Counted from the stretch's first letter, positions 28,039 through 43,041 are shown. The stretch is DNA of 64,000 bases from Lytechinus pictus (GCF_037042905.1 NC_087246.1:23064001-23128000), one strand, 5' to 3'. Notes: generated by a model not told the origin, from the letters alone. Translations and numbers: made by a program.

Positions 28039-30579
28039 ACATGGCGACATGGTGAATGTTATAGCGCCAGATATACAGGACGCGATAAAGAACCACTTCA
28101 GTATTCTCTCATATGGTATAGTACGTGTAACTCTTCAAGGAAAATTAGCAATCAAATTCACTATGACATATATTACAAATAGACAACCTTTATTGAATAA
28201 ATCAAAGATACATGTACACTCTACTTGAATGAAGTAAATAGCTGAATGTGTAAATCGAACGTATGAAATAAATGATGAATGTAGATTAATAATAAAAGAC
28301 TCATAAATCAAAGAAAATACATTATATGTGTAAAAAAAAGATAGTGTATAAGCTAAAGAAATACCGTGCATGTAGACGATTATACATGGTCAATAGTCAT
28401 AGTCTGGATAATAAACAAGACAGTATCTAAACCACATTAAGAAGAAACCACACCATAACAGCATGCTTACAAAATGAAGAATAATCTTTGATATACGACA
28501 TCCCCATTATCAAGAAAATGTCATACTCGCGTAGGCCTATAAGGATCTGTAAAAAAATATATATAAATTGACGATCACCAAGTGATCTGAAATCCAGCAT
28601 CCATGAAAATGCTTGAATTGAAATTTGCCAATCATTAAGTAAATATGTAACATGACATTTCATTCGGTATATAAATATTTTAGAATTTTTTTAAATACAA
28701 AAACAGTTAATATAACAAGGGTCAATTTTTATACCGAATTGCGAAAATTTTACACAGCGGCATTAGACGTTATTTCACCCAACAAAATGCCTTTTACCTC
28801 TTTATACAATTTCAGTTAAACATTGTTGAGGGTGTTTGAGCACTACAGCACTACTGATTGGATAAGGTGATATTCTTTTTCATGACTGTACTTGACAGTA
28901 TCTGTACAAATAATTATGAATAGTGATGCCATGATCATAATTAGAAACGACTCGAACCCAGGGGGAGGCTTGTTATTAAAATACCGCGGCCTCCCATGCT
29001 GTTCTACATATTCCTACATGGTCATGTTCCCATTGCTATTTTTTCCCGACTGGAAACTGTTTTTTTATATAACGATGATTTTTTTTATTCTGGTATTTTG
29101 AGCGATCCTATTTCATTTCCATTTATATGCTTATTGTATCCTTTGCTGTAGTATGTTATCTTATTATTAATATATTCCGCATATTGGCGATTGATTGCTA
29201 GTTGCAGTCGATCGGGATTTGCAATCAATTGCAACTCAACTTTCTTGCAACGCCCCATAAAGAATCTTGCTATAGAATTTGTCAAAAGTCAATCACGGGA
29301 TAAAGGGTAATCATATTAATAAAGCCGATACAAGACCGATACAAAATGTTATTTCAAATACTATCGATCATTATGGAGGCAAGTTTATTAGTGTTCTCGG
29401 TGTGACCACGGTGTTATGGCAACTCATCTATACCAACAAATTTCATTCTCGTCATATCTTATATATCTTAACGATCTTTATTTGTTTTTGTTTTTATTTC
29501 TATTAAATTTTCTGATTTTCTCCATTTTCAAAAGTGCTATTGATGGGAAGTAATATGGCATTTTTAGAGCGGTTCATAATAGGCTAATCACCTTAGTAAT
29601 ATGAACATGAAAATCACAAGACTGGATTGTTACTTAATGTTTCTCAAGAGTGACACGAATTATCTTATTCCATGACCATGATCACTACAATTTTCGCACA
29701 TGTCGTTATCAAAGATTCAATATCCATGAACAGCAATATTTATTTGGTTCATGAATGATCTTTTTTTTGTGTAAACTCTGATTCATACTCGTGATGTAGG
29801 ACAAATGCGGGGTCAAAACTATTTAATCATGCCGATTCAAAATACAGTTCCAGTAAAATAGTTCCGTCAATGCGAACGGTGCTACGTGATATCGTTATTA
29901 AAGGAATGGTCACCGGACAAGGCTGTTAACCCTCATTTCATTCAATGTTTGTAACGATTTTAACCATGACGTGGATAAAAAGACCGTGGTAAAAATTAAG
30001 TCAATGCAAGGTCGTTTTAACAGCATAAGTGACAGAAATTGATTACAGAATGTGGTGAAGAAATACATGTATATGAATTAGTTCGAGTCCTTCGTGAGCG
30101 TGGCGAAGGGCTAGTTTGATATTAAAATGGAACGGAGATTGTAAAGCGTTGCGGAAGTGAAAAAGGGATGTGAGGGTGATTGCTTACAATGGCGATGATA
30201 CGGGCGATGATTATAGTTGCCGTTATAAATCATAAAACATCTTTCAATATATATTATGTTTGAAGTGGTGTGTTGGGCTTTAATTGTTTGTATAAAAGAC
30301 CGTGCATCAGATCAAATTCTAGGCAATTCATTCCAAATAAATATCTTAACAGTTTTACAATTTTTTTCTTACGGAAAATCGGAAAAGAAAAGATAGTAGG
30401 TAAGAGGGACAGTGAAGAATAACAACAACAATAATGAGAAGAAATGTAGAGGAGAAGAAGATGGATGAGTAGGAAGATAAGATGAAGAAAAGGAAAGAGA
30501 AGAAAAGCAAAGAAAGAAATGAATGGAGGAGGAATAAGAACATGACCGTTATGGTCTGTGAGGACGGCGCTGCTGCTTC

Positions 30580-30705
30580 TGGTGATGATGATGATGATGG
30601 TGGTGGTGGTGATGATGATAATGATGATGATGATGATGATGATAATGATGGTGGTGGTGGTGATGATGATAGTGATGATTGTTGTTGTTAATAATGATGA
30701 TGATA
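30580..30705. repeat. Compound (GAT)n/(GGT)n microsatellite
   Basis: Directly visible; source of the poly-His/Ile/Asp ORFs. Confidence 0.95.
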
Positions 30706-31414
30706 TTTGAGCTTGATATTTTTGCTGGAATGCTCCCAAGTAAGGGAAAAAATGACATTACTGAGCTGGCAAGCTGAAATTCAATATCCGGGGAAAAGAC
30801 ATTTCTGTAATGGGCTTAGAAATGTTCTCAAGTAATAAAAACGGATTATTAATGGAATTATTTCGCTTTCTATCTACTTTCTAAATAATTTTGAGTTCGT
30901 AAGTCAAATTCTTATTTGTAAATGTATCGACTCTCCTATAGTTCGCTTGCAAATTTTCAGAGTATACCGTATACAATGCTCATTCATCCTTCTATTTCTT
31001 TTCTTTATCATGCTCCTTATACTAATCGGATGGTAAATGCGAAGATGACGCTTACACTCATGGTAACTGCCTTGATGACCTTAATGCATTGTCCACTGAA
31101 ATTTCCCTCTTAATTTCCCTCTTCCCCGCCCCCATATAAACCAGCCCCCTTCCTGACTCCATGACGTATTTTGGTATTGGTTAATTCAATGTGACAGATC
31201 ACTGCGGTGTTAATGGAACAATTGTTTACCCAGGCAACCGGAGTCGTGTTCTCTTTTAATGTGTTTCCTAGACACTTAATGCTTTTCTACAAATTATTCT
31301 GACCGGGGTCTAGCGAGGCCTATACTCCATCCAAACAATATAACCCATGGTAGTTAATTCTGTTTCATAGGGTATATTAAAGACAGTAGTTTTTCGTAAT
31401 CTGATGTACTTAAA

Positions 31415-31733
31415 GGCCAGTATTCTGAAGTCGGGTTTAATTTAAACTCTGGTTTTAAGTTGTGGTTTAACTATGGAAATCCAGTTGTTACATAAATCTC
31501 TAACAGTAGAGGTTCAATGTATCAGCTCATTTGACTCCCAATTCCCAAAACATTATTAACTGCCTTGGAAGGATAAGTATGACAATTGTCTTCACCATTA
31601 AATAATTAGTGAAGAGCACAGTTAACCTGAGAAGCATTCACTGTAAACAACATTTTGAAACGTTTGGTTTCCCATAATTTTAGCACAGAGTTAGACCATG
31701 GTCTAAGTTAAACCCGACTTCAGAATACGGGCC
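31415..31733. mobile_element. MITE with ~30-bp TIRs (GGCC ends)
   Basis: GGCCAGTATTCTGAAGTCGGGTTTAA vs TTAAACCCGACTTCAGAATACGGGCC (25/26). Confidence 0.9.
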
Positions 31734-34700
31734 AGTGTGTCCTGTTCAGTACACAATAAGAACACGCCGTTGCACAAATGAAAACATGTTTTAATCAAAT
31801 CAAAATAAAGAATAAAACAAAGAAAATACATGTCATTGACAAGCATAAAAGAAAAATGCTACCCTCACAAATTTGGCAAAAATATAGGCACAGTACTCCG
31901 TTTGTATGGACGCAGCCGGGGGGGGGGGGGGTTGACATAGAAACAATTTATATTTCCTTCCTTAACACTGTTAAGGACAAATACTGTCCGACATGCAGCC
32001 CCCAGTAAAAGTATTCATCTCCTTTACAAATCCCTAGGAGAGGGTTTTAACTATTGGTTTTCTGGTTTCATATTCGGAAACTTTCCTAACTGGTTATTAG
32101 GTTATAACAACATCCAAGCACATCCGTTGCGTGATAAGACTGTAAATGATATGCCTAGATTAGATTGCTATCTTTGTTAGATCTGAAACTGTTCATTGCC
32201 GGTTCTCTACTTTTACATAATCCTTCGCCCTTTATGATTCATTTCCTTCCTTTTTCTGTTCCCTTTACAATATAAATCTCCCCTCATCTGCACCCTTTGC
32301 TATTTCTAACCAGGTCACGAGAGGTATCCATAAAAACATAAAAGAAACAAAAATGAAGTAGTTCGTGATGACAGACGTGGTGAAAATTTTTCATTTTCCT
32401 GATCACCATTTCCCTTGACATGCATCAGCCCCCTGGTAATATTGCGCTAGGTATGTCAATGTCAGAGCTAATTGTCAGTTTGCTGGATGGGATACCCTAA
32501 TTGCTTCACTTTACTTTCTTTCACTTTCCTTTCCCCTGTATTCAAGCCCCGCCCTTCGCCTCATTACCCTTTCGTCCTTTACCTATATCACCTGATTTAC
32601 TTATGCTGATGGTTCTTCTTCCATTCTTAAAATATTTTAACTTGAACACTTTTCTCTTCTCTCTCCTTGTTTTCACTTTATCAACTTCTCTATCCAGCTT
32701 CGCTCCATCTCTAAATTATGTTTTTTCTCTCTTTTACTTAATGGGCATCGCAAACCAAACACGTTTTGTCAAATAAAAGTGATCGTTATGATATTATCTA
32801 ATCTTTTCCCGTATCAAAGCATATTCCCTGTTACTGCACAGTCACTTACAAAATCAATATTTCTTCCCAACCAAATATTTTGAGAGTGACGTGAATTGAG
32901 GAGTGTATTAATTCATTCTGTTACTTTGTTCTAACTCTATTTTTATTAACCTTCAACAGTGTCGAATACTTCTCAATCAAAGGTATAATTTCTTGTTTTT
33001 GTCATGTTACAGCCGCAAACCCCCTTCCCATCAAAACGTTGGAAATATATAGGAAGGTTACCCAATACCTCGCGAGCACCCTCGCTGTTTATATAACGAA
33101 ATGTGATTAGCAGAATGGGATTTGGAAATGAAATGGTAAAGGTGGTTCTGTCATGTCTACAAGCCAATGGGGGAAGAACTGCTCCACCCCATTTCTGAAA
33201 GTCTTTGACGGTGCAACTTTTCCATAATAAAAATTAAAATTGCACTGCTATGACTTCGGATTAATGAAAATATATATAAGTGTTCAACTCTTACGTGTCA
33301 AGAACTCTTGAGCTTAAATATGAATTCCCCTTAGAGTGTTAAAACAACAATAACAGTATTTACTTACGATAACAGTTAGCGCGCTCCCTATATCCGGGTT
33401 TTTACCAAAAATATTGGGTAAAGAGACACATTTTATTCAACGTTGGAAAAAGAAAGTCCACTCAACATTTTTAAAGAGCACCGTTTGTGCTGTTTAAATG
33501 AAACACAGATAATGGATTATAGGGGGGGGGGGGGGCTTGAATCCACCTTTTTATCCTGCCTATACAAAAAATGGGTTCGTTTGATAGGTTCACTGAATAA
33601 AGATAGTCATCAAGTTTATCATGCCAGAGCGTCTGGCTACCTCTGAGATATTCAGTGCGTTGCCTTTGAAGGTTACACAAACACCGATTCTACATCACGA
33701 ATACGTAAACCTAATAATTTTGACACAGCTTAAGATGGCATGTTCACGTTCTTTGGGAGAAGATGCCTCTTAGAATTGACACTTTTCTTTTTTAGAGGCA
33801 CTTCTTCATTTGAAGGAGTTGTTGTTTCATGTGAAGGAGGTGTTGTTTCAAATGGGAAAGACATTCAAGTCTCGAGTCTAGACATTCTGTATCTCATCCA
33901 CGCATAAGTATCATTTCGTGAAGTAATTTTTCCAATATTACATGTAAGGGTTTCTTCTAGATGAAATGCCTGTTCTATTTAAAATGTGATTTTCCTGTGT
34001 TTCGTTTTTTTCGTTATTACGTTTCATCATTTATTGACCGTCACGTCGAGAAAACCAATAATACTAAACATGAATCAAAATATGAACCATAGCAGTTTGT
34101 TTCTTTATAAAAAAAGAATGGATGTTACTTTTTCAATTATATCGTCCATTTTGTATTCGACTCTCCATAGCTCTATTGATATGCACATCAACGTTTTGGC
34201 ATTTTCATGATTGGAATTATTTTTCGTTTCATTTTCTTTATGAGAACAGAAAGTTACGAAGTATATAGAAGAAGAAACTGACTGGGCAGGGTAAACTGAA
34301 CGAGTCGACCCTAGGTATTAAAGACTCCCTTAAAATCGAAATGTCTCGTTTTCACTACAGGCTTATGTTTTGGACGGCATGGATTTCTAACGTTCTTAAA
34401 ACGTACTATTTTTATTCTCAAATAAACATTTACTTATGGTAACTAGGGGAAAAGGTGGTATTATATGTATTATTTCTACACGTATATTGCATGGTTAATG
34501 TCCATTTACAAAATCTAGTAAGTATCGGGCGTTTCATCATAAATGGTATTGAACAAACTTTGGAAAACAATGTTTGCATCACTTTGAATATTCAAAATGA
34601 CAGATGATATAGTTGTGACACTTCAAGAATCATGAAACTACAGAAGAGTCGGAATTAGGTTTGCTTAAAGAGTGTTCGCAAAAACCACGCGTGGAAACGA

Positions 34701-35141
34701 TGTGCTACCCACTGCTTCGCTCGTGTAAAGGATTCGAGTTGGAAGCAAATATGGAAAGGTTGTTATATCACGAGGGACAAGGACCGCAGCAGAGAACAAA
34801 TCCTCAATATCAATGTACCAAAGAGAATCACAATATGGATCATGAAGGATATACCAATAAAGGGTTATAATCTCAAGGGGTGGCTCTGTGAGGATCGAAA
34901 GTAGGGCAATAGTATACTATCGCCCCGGTTCTAGTCATTAATACGAGCAGCTGTATCCACTGGTGCGAGCATTATCCATCTACATGTGTAAATGTCAGAA
35001 GAAGATATCATCTGTGCACAACGTGCTATAATCTCATGACGAATTATCGAATACTTTTCTTGCATTTTTTTGCACCAAACTTACCAAACATGATATCTTT
35101 TTCCAGCACTGTAGGGTCCACTATGTGTGTTAAAATGACAT

Positions 35142-35335
35142 GGGCAATTCCATAGAATATGTAAGTCAGATCTGTTTGTGGGACCTTCATGAAATTTTCT
35201 TTCTCTGATTTCTGGTTCTTTGACAGTCTGTAATGCTCTCAAATATTGCCTCCCATGACTTGGTCAGTATATGAAGTGAAGTAGAAAAATGGGGGTCGGA
35301 TGTACGAAAAGGTAGATTATTTTACGGAATTGCCG
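35142..35335. mobile_element. MITE with GGGCAATTCC TIRs and AT flanks (ISL2EU-like)
   Basis: GGGCAATTCCATAGAATA vs TATTTTACGGAATTGCCG; AT on both flanks. Superfamily call rests only on the AT TSD and GG ends. Confidence 0.6.
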
Positions 35336-38300
35336 ATATTATATCTTATTTGCAGTACAAAATGATTATTCAATGAATAAGCCTACATAATTACAGACAC
35401 ACTAACAATATCCTACACTCATACGACTTATATGATTGCAGACGCACGCATACGGCGCATGATTATACAAAAGGTGAATATACGGCCATTCGTACCACGT
35501 ATGGATATACGTCATATCAATCGCAACTGCCCTTTCGATCTAAACGACGTAAGATCATTCAAACGTTAAAAAATCTTATAAACTTGTATACACAATCCTA
35601 TATACATGCGTCGGAAATCAATGCAAGAACAATCTCGTCTGGAAGATGGAGGGTGGTATTTGTTAAATTGTCAATATAGTCATGTCTGCACCATCATATT
35701 TCGTAATCTATGCTATTTTATATAAAAATGTATATCTGTCAATCTATAATAGGAAAGAGGGTCGAGTGTATATCTTTCGGCAGTATAAGCAATATCATTG
35801 TCAATTATTATCCGTCGTAAATATTTAAAGACGTAATCTACTGCTACATGTATCTTAGATAATAAATAAATATAATTATTTATTTAAAAAGACTCAATCA
35901 ATTAATTTTACAGTGACAAGTGGGACGCCAAGTATGGCACGGATGATGTAAGTATCGAATGTCGATGGTCAGAACACAGAGTGAAGAGATTTACCAGGCT
36001 TTAATCTCTGCCTCCATCTTCTTCGTCATCTCCCTCCTTCTCTCTCCATCACCCTCATCAAGAACCATCGGGATGCAGGCGACCAAATTTGACAGCTAAT
36101 GGGGCTTAATCGAGCATAAGCCAGCCGCGAAAAAACACCAAGGTCAGAAGACCCGATCCTATCTCTTACTTGGAGTTTCAGCTTCCACGCGGAGGGCGAT
36201 TCCAATTTTCGATCATGGAAACATGCAGGGATATCCCTTACTATACCCTGCAGCAGACATTCTGAGACAGTACATGGAATGTGAGCACAGAAGTGCTGCA
36301 AGGTATAGTAAAATAATTTAATGTAACTCACCAGAATGGGTAGAATGTGAGGAGAATTTGAACAGGAGGTGTAATGGGAGGAAAGTCAATAACGAATATG
36401 CTTTAGTAGTGAGTATGAAAGAATCTAAAGTTGGTTTATGCGATTACTGGAAGAAAGCTGAGATTTTCATGCAAGCAAGGGCTGGGTTTCCAGAAGATTA
36501 GAGTTGGAAAAAAAGCGGGAAGGCAGTTTTCTGAAAACTCGTCAAGTTGAGTGAAAGTCTCGACAAATCCAACTTGATATGAAATGTCTCGTGGCAAAAA
36601 ACAAACAGGTAAGGAAGTTTGAAACTAACGTATATACTTTTTGACGAAATGGCTAGATAAAATTATGGTCAAGTCGACTCAATAGCCCTGTCATCTCGAT
36701 CTATTGATTAATTTCTTATTACATAGCGACATATTAATGTCGACTTATAAAAAAGTTACCTGTCGCCATTGGGATTGGAAAATTTCATTATTCGTCATGA
36801 TAAGTGTTGTCTTGAGGTGATACCTTTATGTAACCATGCCGTCAACATGGTCAAATAGAACATCATGTAAATGTTTCTCATGCAGCAATACTCCAATTGT
36901 TAAGAGGTAGATATAAAAAAGAGCATTAACTGAGTGTAATTATTCACCTTGTCTATATAGCACCAGTAACATTCTTGTGTAGTTTAAGGTAGATCAAAAC
37001 ATTATGAAAAAGAGGTGTAACGGCCAATATGTAGGAATAACTCTCAATAGGACATGTCAAAACAGAAAAAAAAAGCGAAATCGGGAAAGATTTCTCCCCG
37101 TTTTCATGATTCTTCAATATAATCATAAAGAAAAATATTGCTGTAAGGTTCGATATCATAGTAAGCCACACATCAGAACCATACTATGCAAAATCCTTCA
37201 AAGAATCGCATGACCCTTTCCGAAACTGCAACATTACAACATTTTGTATTGGAGTAAGTTCTACTTCCGAAATGAAGCGTACAAAATACTGTCGAGAGCA
37301 CATCAGCCTAGATCTATTAGAGCTCTGTTGATATCAAGTTCGAGATATAAATATGTAATATGAGAAATTGTGCAAACTAAAATTTAGAGCAGTGTTTCCT
37401 CATCTAGAGAGCGGATCAAAGACTCGTTGTTCACCAAAATCTCGTATCAGAATCCTTTGCTTACTCACACCCTTTGAATATCAAAGAAGTTTGAGATTCT
37501 CTTTATGAAAAAAGGAAACTTTCATCACCACTAAGCTTGTGCCCTTTTAAGCAAGTATTGAAATTGAAATTCTAGCACTTTTTTATAGATTCAAATGAAA
37601 TTGTGTGACGACTTTCATTTCGGCTTCTAAGCCGGAAATATCAAGTCGAAGAGAGGAAATTTGAAATCTTCAAAAACTTCCCCTCAAACTATCCCATTAA
37701 CCGTCTGCGTTCAAACACTTTCGAACACCTTCTTAAAACGTTGAATGGATAGTGGCTTAAAATGATACATTAACCTAAATATAGGATCAAGTAGAATACT
37801 AACGCGTCTTATGGAAATAGAGCACTGTAAATGATGTCTTTAAAAAGTGAAAGCAATGGAGTTCACACGGTATTTGTCTGATCTGAAAAGGAACAAATGG
37901 ATGATCAGAATTATCTAACATATTTAAGTATTTTCTTAACGGAATGCAATATACATTTTGATATATTGATCATTGTCCTTGTTATAACATTTAACATAAC
38001 TTTTTATTATCTGTAGAAGGATGGGGCTATTGAAAGAGAATGATACAAAAAGGGGACAGAACAACCACTGAATAAATAAAAAAAGAAAGGGTGAAAAATA
38101 ATTAAGAAAGAGAAAAGAAAGAAATATAGAAATACAGAGAGGCGGAGAGCCATAAACAATATGGCAAAGAGACAAAGACTGATGCAGAGAGAGAGAGAGA
38201 GAGGAGGAGACAGAAGGGGGAGAGAGTGAGGGATGGGGGAGGGGAAGGGGGAACAAGGTGGAGGAGAGGAAATGGATTGATACGCCAAACATTTGATTCA

Positions 38301-38969
38301 TAGAATGTCATAAAAGTAAATATTACAATGCAAATAATGATTAGATAGAGTTACAAGTCCGAGAAAGAGGTGTACAATACTATAGGGAGTTATAGAAAGA
38401 TGGAAGTTTATGGAATATGTTAAATCCTTTTTTGTTTTCCTTTTTCTGTCTAGACAATGTCGTCCCTCAACTGTCCCCCCTCTCTTTCTCTCTAACCTCT
38501 CTGTCTATCTTTCTCCTCTCTCTTTCCTTCTCTTCTTTTCCGTCAACTCTCTATATTTCTTCTATTGTCAGACAAGCCACCTCCCAACATTGATTTCCAT
38601 CTTTCGCTATACTGTCTGAAATAATGTCTGTCGTGTTCAAGCATAATATTAACCCCTGGGCATGCTGGGCATGCAATGGCACTATATTATTGCCCTTTCC
38701 CCTTGTCTTTGTAATTTCTCCTATTTTATTCGGCCATTATTCGTCTGGAGCCGCTGTTTTAACATCTGTTGTAGGAATCTTAATTTCGTTTCATGTTTAT
38801 TGCCTATAGAAGAAAGAGATTGCATTCCTTGCAGTTTTGGCGGTTTTGTTTTGTTTGGAAGATGAAATCTAAACTTACCACATTATCAATATTATTCTCG
38901 CTCTCATTTTTTTTTCTCTCTCTCTGTTTTATTTATTTCTAGCAATATCACTTGTACGTCTACTACTTT

Positions 38970-39225
38970 CACCACTTCTCACTACTACTACTACTACGAC
39001 AACAACAACAACTACTACCACTACTACCACTACTACTACTACTTCTATTACTGCTAATTTTAAAACGATATATTTCCTTCATAATCGTCATCGCCGTGCA
39101 TGACCACCACAACCTTTATCATCGTCATCATCATCACCATCATGACCACCACAACCATTAACAACCATTATCATCGTAATCATCATAATCATCACCATTA
39201 TCTTCACCATTATCATCACCATCGT
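38970..39225. repeat. Compound (CTA)n/(CAA)n/(CAT)n microsatellite region
   Basis: Directly visible; includes CATGACCACCACAACC twice. Confidence 0.9.
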
Positions 39226-39491
39226 AAATATGGTATGGTCCCTTGAATTCATGGAAATAACGTTATTCTATCATCACAAATGATATCGCCCAAATTCAGT
39301 TAAAGGAAACCAAAACTCATTGCATTAATGGAGGTGTATAAAGGGAAACACTGGATGCAGGATATTAAAAAATTGTCATGGTATTGATTCTGCACCGTGT
39401 GGCGATAAACCAGCTATGAATTTAATTGTTTCATCCTGTTTTCAAACCATAGATGCATCCCTGCCATAATTTGCGAGCTTTTCCCCCACTT

Positions 39492-39620
39492 GGGGAGCGT
39501 TTCACGATACTATTAACCTGTGATTTTTCGCTAACAAATGTTATAAGCTACTAAAACCATTGAATCCCATTGGCTGTGAGCAAATTTGTCAGTGACAAGT
39601 CGCTTCGTGAAACGCTCTCC
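39492..39620. mobile_element. Short palindromic MITE (GTTTCA family)
   Basis: GGGGAGCGTTTCACGA vs TCGTGAAACGCTCTCC; inner CTAACAAAT / ATTTGTCAG. Confidence 0.7.
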
Positions 39621-41033
39621 TGTTGTCTTCCTGATCCACTTTACAAAAACGTGGCAGGACAAACAACCTCAAGCTCTTTACCCTTCTTGAGAGAAATAGA
39701 CGATGATTCATAAGAGAATTATCATGATATGACATACCCTCACAAACTCAGTTGAAACGCATTGACGCAGTGTCGAGATGACAAAGGGTAATTCTTATGG
39801 AAGCCGAACGCTAAAGCGCCGCTTCTGATATACCGCAAAGCGACAGTCTCATTAACAAAACGGACCCCGATACACAAATATTCACAATCAAAGCACACAA
39901 TATATAATTTAGTCCACAGTTGTTTACGAAAATGCAAAATTATCACTGCTTTATTAATTAGCATTGTTCTTGAAGAGTCGTAATTGATCTCAGTTATTTG
40001 TGTTACGGGGCATAAGTTTCCATAATATAAAAAAACGCTGTTATCTTGGTCTTTTTTGCCATGGTGGTAAATAATTATGATATTTTACCACACTGAAGTG
40101 TGAACCTTTATTTCTATTTGGCCAGCTGGATCTTTTACAAGGCAAAGTGGGAAGGTAGCAGAAGTTTGTATGTTTTTTGCCGTTGAAGTGATTTTTATGA
40201 CAATTGCATTCAGTCACAGAAAGAAATATGTGACTGTTTCGTCGGTGTGATTCTGGAGCACCCCCACCCCCACCAAAACACATGTACATGTTAGTATCAA
40301 TTTTGCCTATTGTAATCTTATGGATTTGATGTAAGATTGAAAGTGTCATGTATATAAAATGCCTTGCTGTAGGGCATAATTATAGTGATGTCCCATCGAA
40401 CCTCGAACTGTCATGTAGTCACGCACCTACAACCACTCAAGCACGGCACCTCATTTCTGTTCGAACAAAAATTACAATACCTATACGTGCAATTGTCTGT
40501 GTATCGCTCGATTCATTTGATGTGACTGGGACTCCGGCGGACTGTGGAAAGAAGACTTAATAACCATTGACTTGATGAAGGGAAAGCGGAGATACATCAA
40601 TATCAGCAACAGCTAGAGACGTCATCTAAAGAATGCCCTTGGAGAAAGTGGCTTCATCCATTCATGGACGGGATGTTGACACGTTTGGAGGACGTCCAAA
40701 AATATGACAATATGAGTCTTAGCAGTGAGCAACAATATTAGTAAACAGATAAGCTGGTTCAGTGGTAACCTTATCATTGCAGGCAAAAATCAGGCTAGCA
40801 AATCCGACAACTTGCATATTTCACATAGTTTGACACACATGCTGATTCTTTTGTCAAGGTTCTCGAGTCTTCACCCGTATACACCATAATTAAATACAAT
40901 GCTTTTATACCAATATTGTTATGTGGCGCATATTTATACAATACTTCTGTACCTGATAATTGAGTTTCATTTCACTTTCTCCTTCATAGGCATTTTCAAG
41001 CCCTTCATTCTACAGTCACACCCATGAACCTAA

Positions 41034-41448
41034 AGGCGACCGCACACCTTACGATTGGTCTGCGACCCGATTTCAAAATAATATGTTGTAGAATTTGATG
41101 CTAATATTGAGACTTGGAATATCTTACTGTGTAATGTTCGAAATCATCGTACGAATACCTATGTTCAAATCTGTGACTATGCTATCATCCTTCTTAGAAT
41201 AAAAGCGAATTTAATATCTAGTCGTAATGTCGTCACAGCAGTCGTACGATTGGCTACGATTTGAAACTAATTTGGCCTTTACTCCAAAATAAAGCTTTGC
41301 GATCTTTCAAAATGGTTATATTAGTATTCTTTCAATCAATATTAACCTCAAGTAAAATGATATGTTCCATTCACATTTACAGAAAATGAGCAAAGTGCGA
41401 TTTGCTCCAAAATCGGATCCCGAACAGTCGTAAGGTGTGCGGTGGCCT
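41034..41448. mobile_element. PIF/Harbinger-like MITE
   Basis: TIRs AGGCGACCGCACACCTTACGA / TCGTAAGGTGTGCGGTGGCCT (20/21); flanks TAA and TCA, compatible with a mutated TWA TSD. Confidence 0.85.
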
Positions 41449-41530
41449 TCACTCCAGATTGACCAACGCTATATTGCGTTATTTCCAATGACCTATCATC
41501 GGTCGGTTTCGTTGGTGTGACTGCTGCATT

Positions 41531-41745
41531 GGGTGATTTCAAGTCCGGTGTTAGCGTTGGCGTTGGAATTTGGATTGCTCCCCTAGCTCCAAAACCTATT
41601 CTGAATTTGTAAAACTGATCCAGATCACATCTCAACAACTATAATGAGTTACTTTTCAATCTTCATTTTATGTTTGATGTTATACTCGTGTAAAAATTGA
41701 CCTAACACCAACATCAAAAGTTCAACACTGAATTTGAAATCACCC
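41531..41745 (+). mobile_element. MITE, GGGTGATTTCAA family, copy 1
   Basis: TIR GGGTGATTTCAA / TTGAAATCACCC; homologous along its length to 41766-41993. Confidence 0.85.
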
Positions 41746-41765
41746 ATTGAGCCAGACCCGACCCT

Positions 41766-41993
41766 GGGTGATTTCACGTCCGATGTTGGTGTTGTGTTGA
41801 AATTTGGATTGCTTCCCCTAGCTCCAAAACCTATTCTGAGTTTGTAAAACTGATCTAGATCACACTATTGACATCTCAACAACATGTGAGTGACTTTTCA
41901 GTACCATCTTCATTTTTTTGTTTGGTGTTATACTCGTGTAAAAATTGACCTAACACCAACACCAAAAGGTCAACACTAAACTTGAAATCACCC
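41766..41993 (+). mobile_element. MITE, GGGTGATTTCAA family, copy 2 (tandem)
   Basis: TIR GGGTGATTTCA / TGAAATCACCC; CTG at both boundaries; shares CCCTAGCTCCAAAACCTATTCTGA and TACTCGTGTAAAAATTGACCTAACACCAAC with copy 1. Confidence 0.85.
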
Positions 41994-43041
41994 CCTGTAT
42001 AATAAAAGCCCAATCGCATCGTAACCCGTGATGGAGCAGTCACATTGCCCTGTTCTTGAAACAAATTCGGCAATAATCAATACTGACATTTGCCACCCTT
42101 GAACAAACCCTTCAATTAGTCGCAACTATTCCCCTTGTCTCTTATCGAATGCTGGGGCTGGACTTGGCTAAGGGCAGTCGTCAGATATCGAAATGATCAA
42201 GCTTATCATGCCATGCACGGACAGGGGTCAACTACCGCGATCAGAGGCTACTTCACGTTTTTGTTTCCTCACAAGGAGGGGAAGGGGGTGTCCAAATATA
42301 TCACACCTCCATATGGAATTTCTTTTACATCGAACGAATTAAGTTTCGACGTTAGGTGCAAGTATGTAAGTTTAACTCTTCATTAACATAATCGTTTAAC
42401 TTTGTCTTTATTCATTTCTATAAATAGGAACGTTGTTGTATGAAATGTAATTTTCAATGTATTCCCAAGAAAACAGTTGAGACACTTTTTTTCTTCAGGA
42501 CACTGCAAGTGCAACCTAATTGCTAACAACCCATTTGATTATTAGTTGTTTGATAACGAAAATGTGCAAAAAAATCCGAGTACCGTGTGTTATAATAGAG
42601 CAGTCCCTTGGCATATCTGTTTGACCATATACGCTTCTCTAACATGCCTAACCTAATGGTATTATTAATAAGGTTGTTATGTTTATTGATGTGAGTCATT
42701 CATGGTAGCGATGAATGACCATTGAATTGCCGTTGTCCTATTCAATTAGGATCATCATTTGGCATAATATGTCTGTCCTTCTTCGTTACCGAGCCAAATG
42801 AACGGCATGCATTTCAATTAAATATGTCAAACCGTCTGTTTACTCTGTATACAGTGTCACGTATCTTCTCGAATGAAAATATGTTTTTTCATCTTTATTT
42901 ATCCTTCCGTTCATCGCTCTATCACATATATTTAGTCCTTACTCCTTGACCCTTCCCTCTCTCCTTGAAAGTTCAGTCGTCCTTTATCTTTGTTATTTTT
43001 CTTAGCATTCCCCCTTTTCTACTTCCCTTCCCTTTCCAACG

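Noticed and set aside
30260-30360. LINE ORF2 C-terminal relic on the minus strand (IWNELP)
   Set aside because: A single short motif followed by a stop; too little to support without a profile search.
34660-35000. LTR element 3' end (AAGGGGTGG followed by TGTGAGG)
   Set aside because: No matching LTR end, second LTR or integrase/chromodomain motif found.
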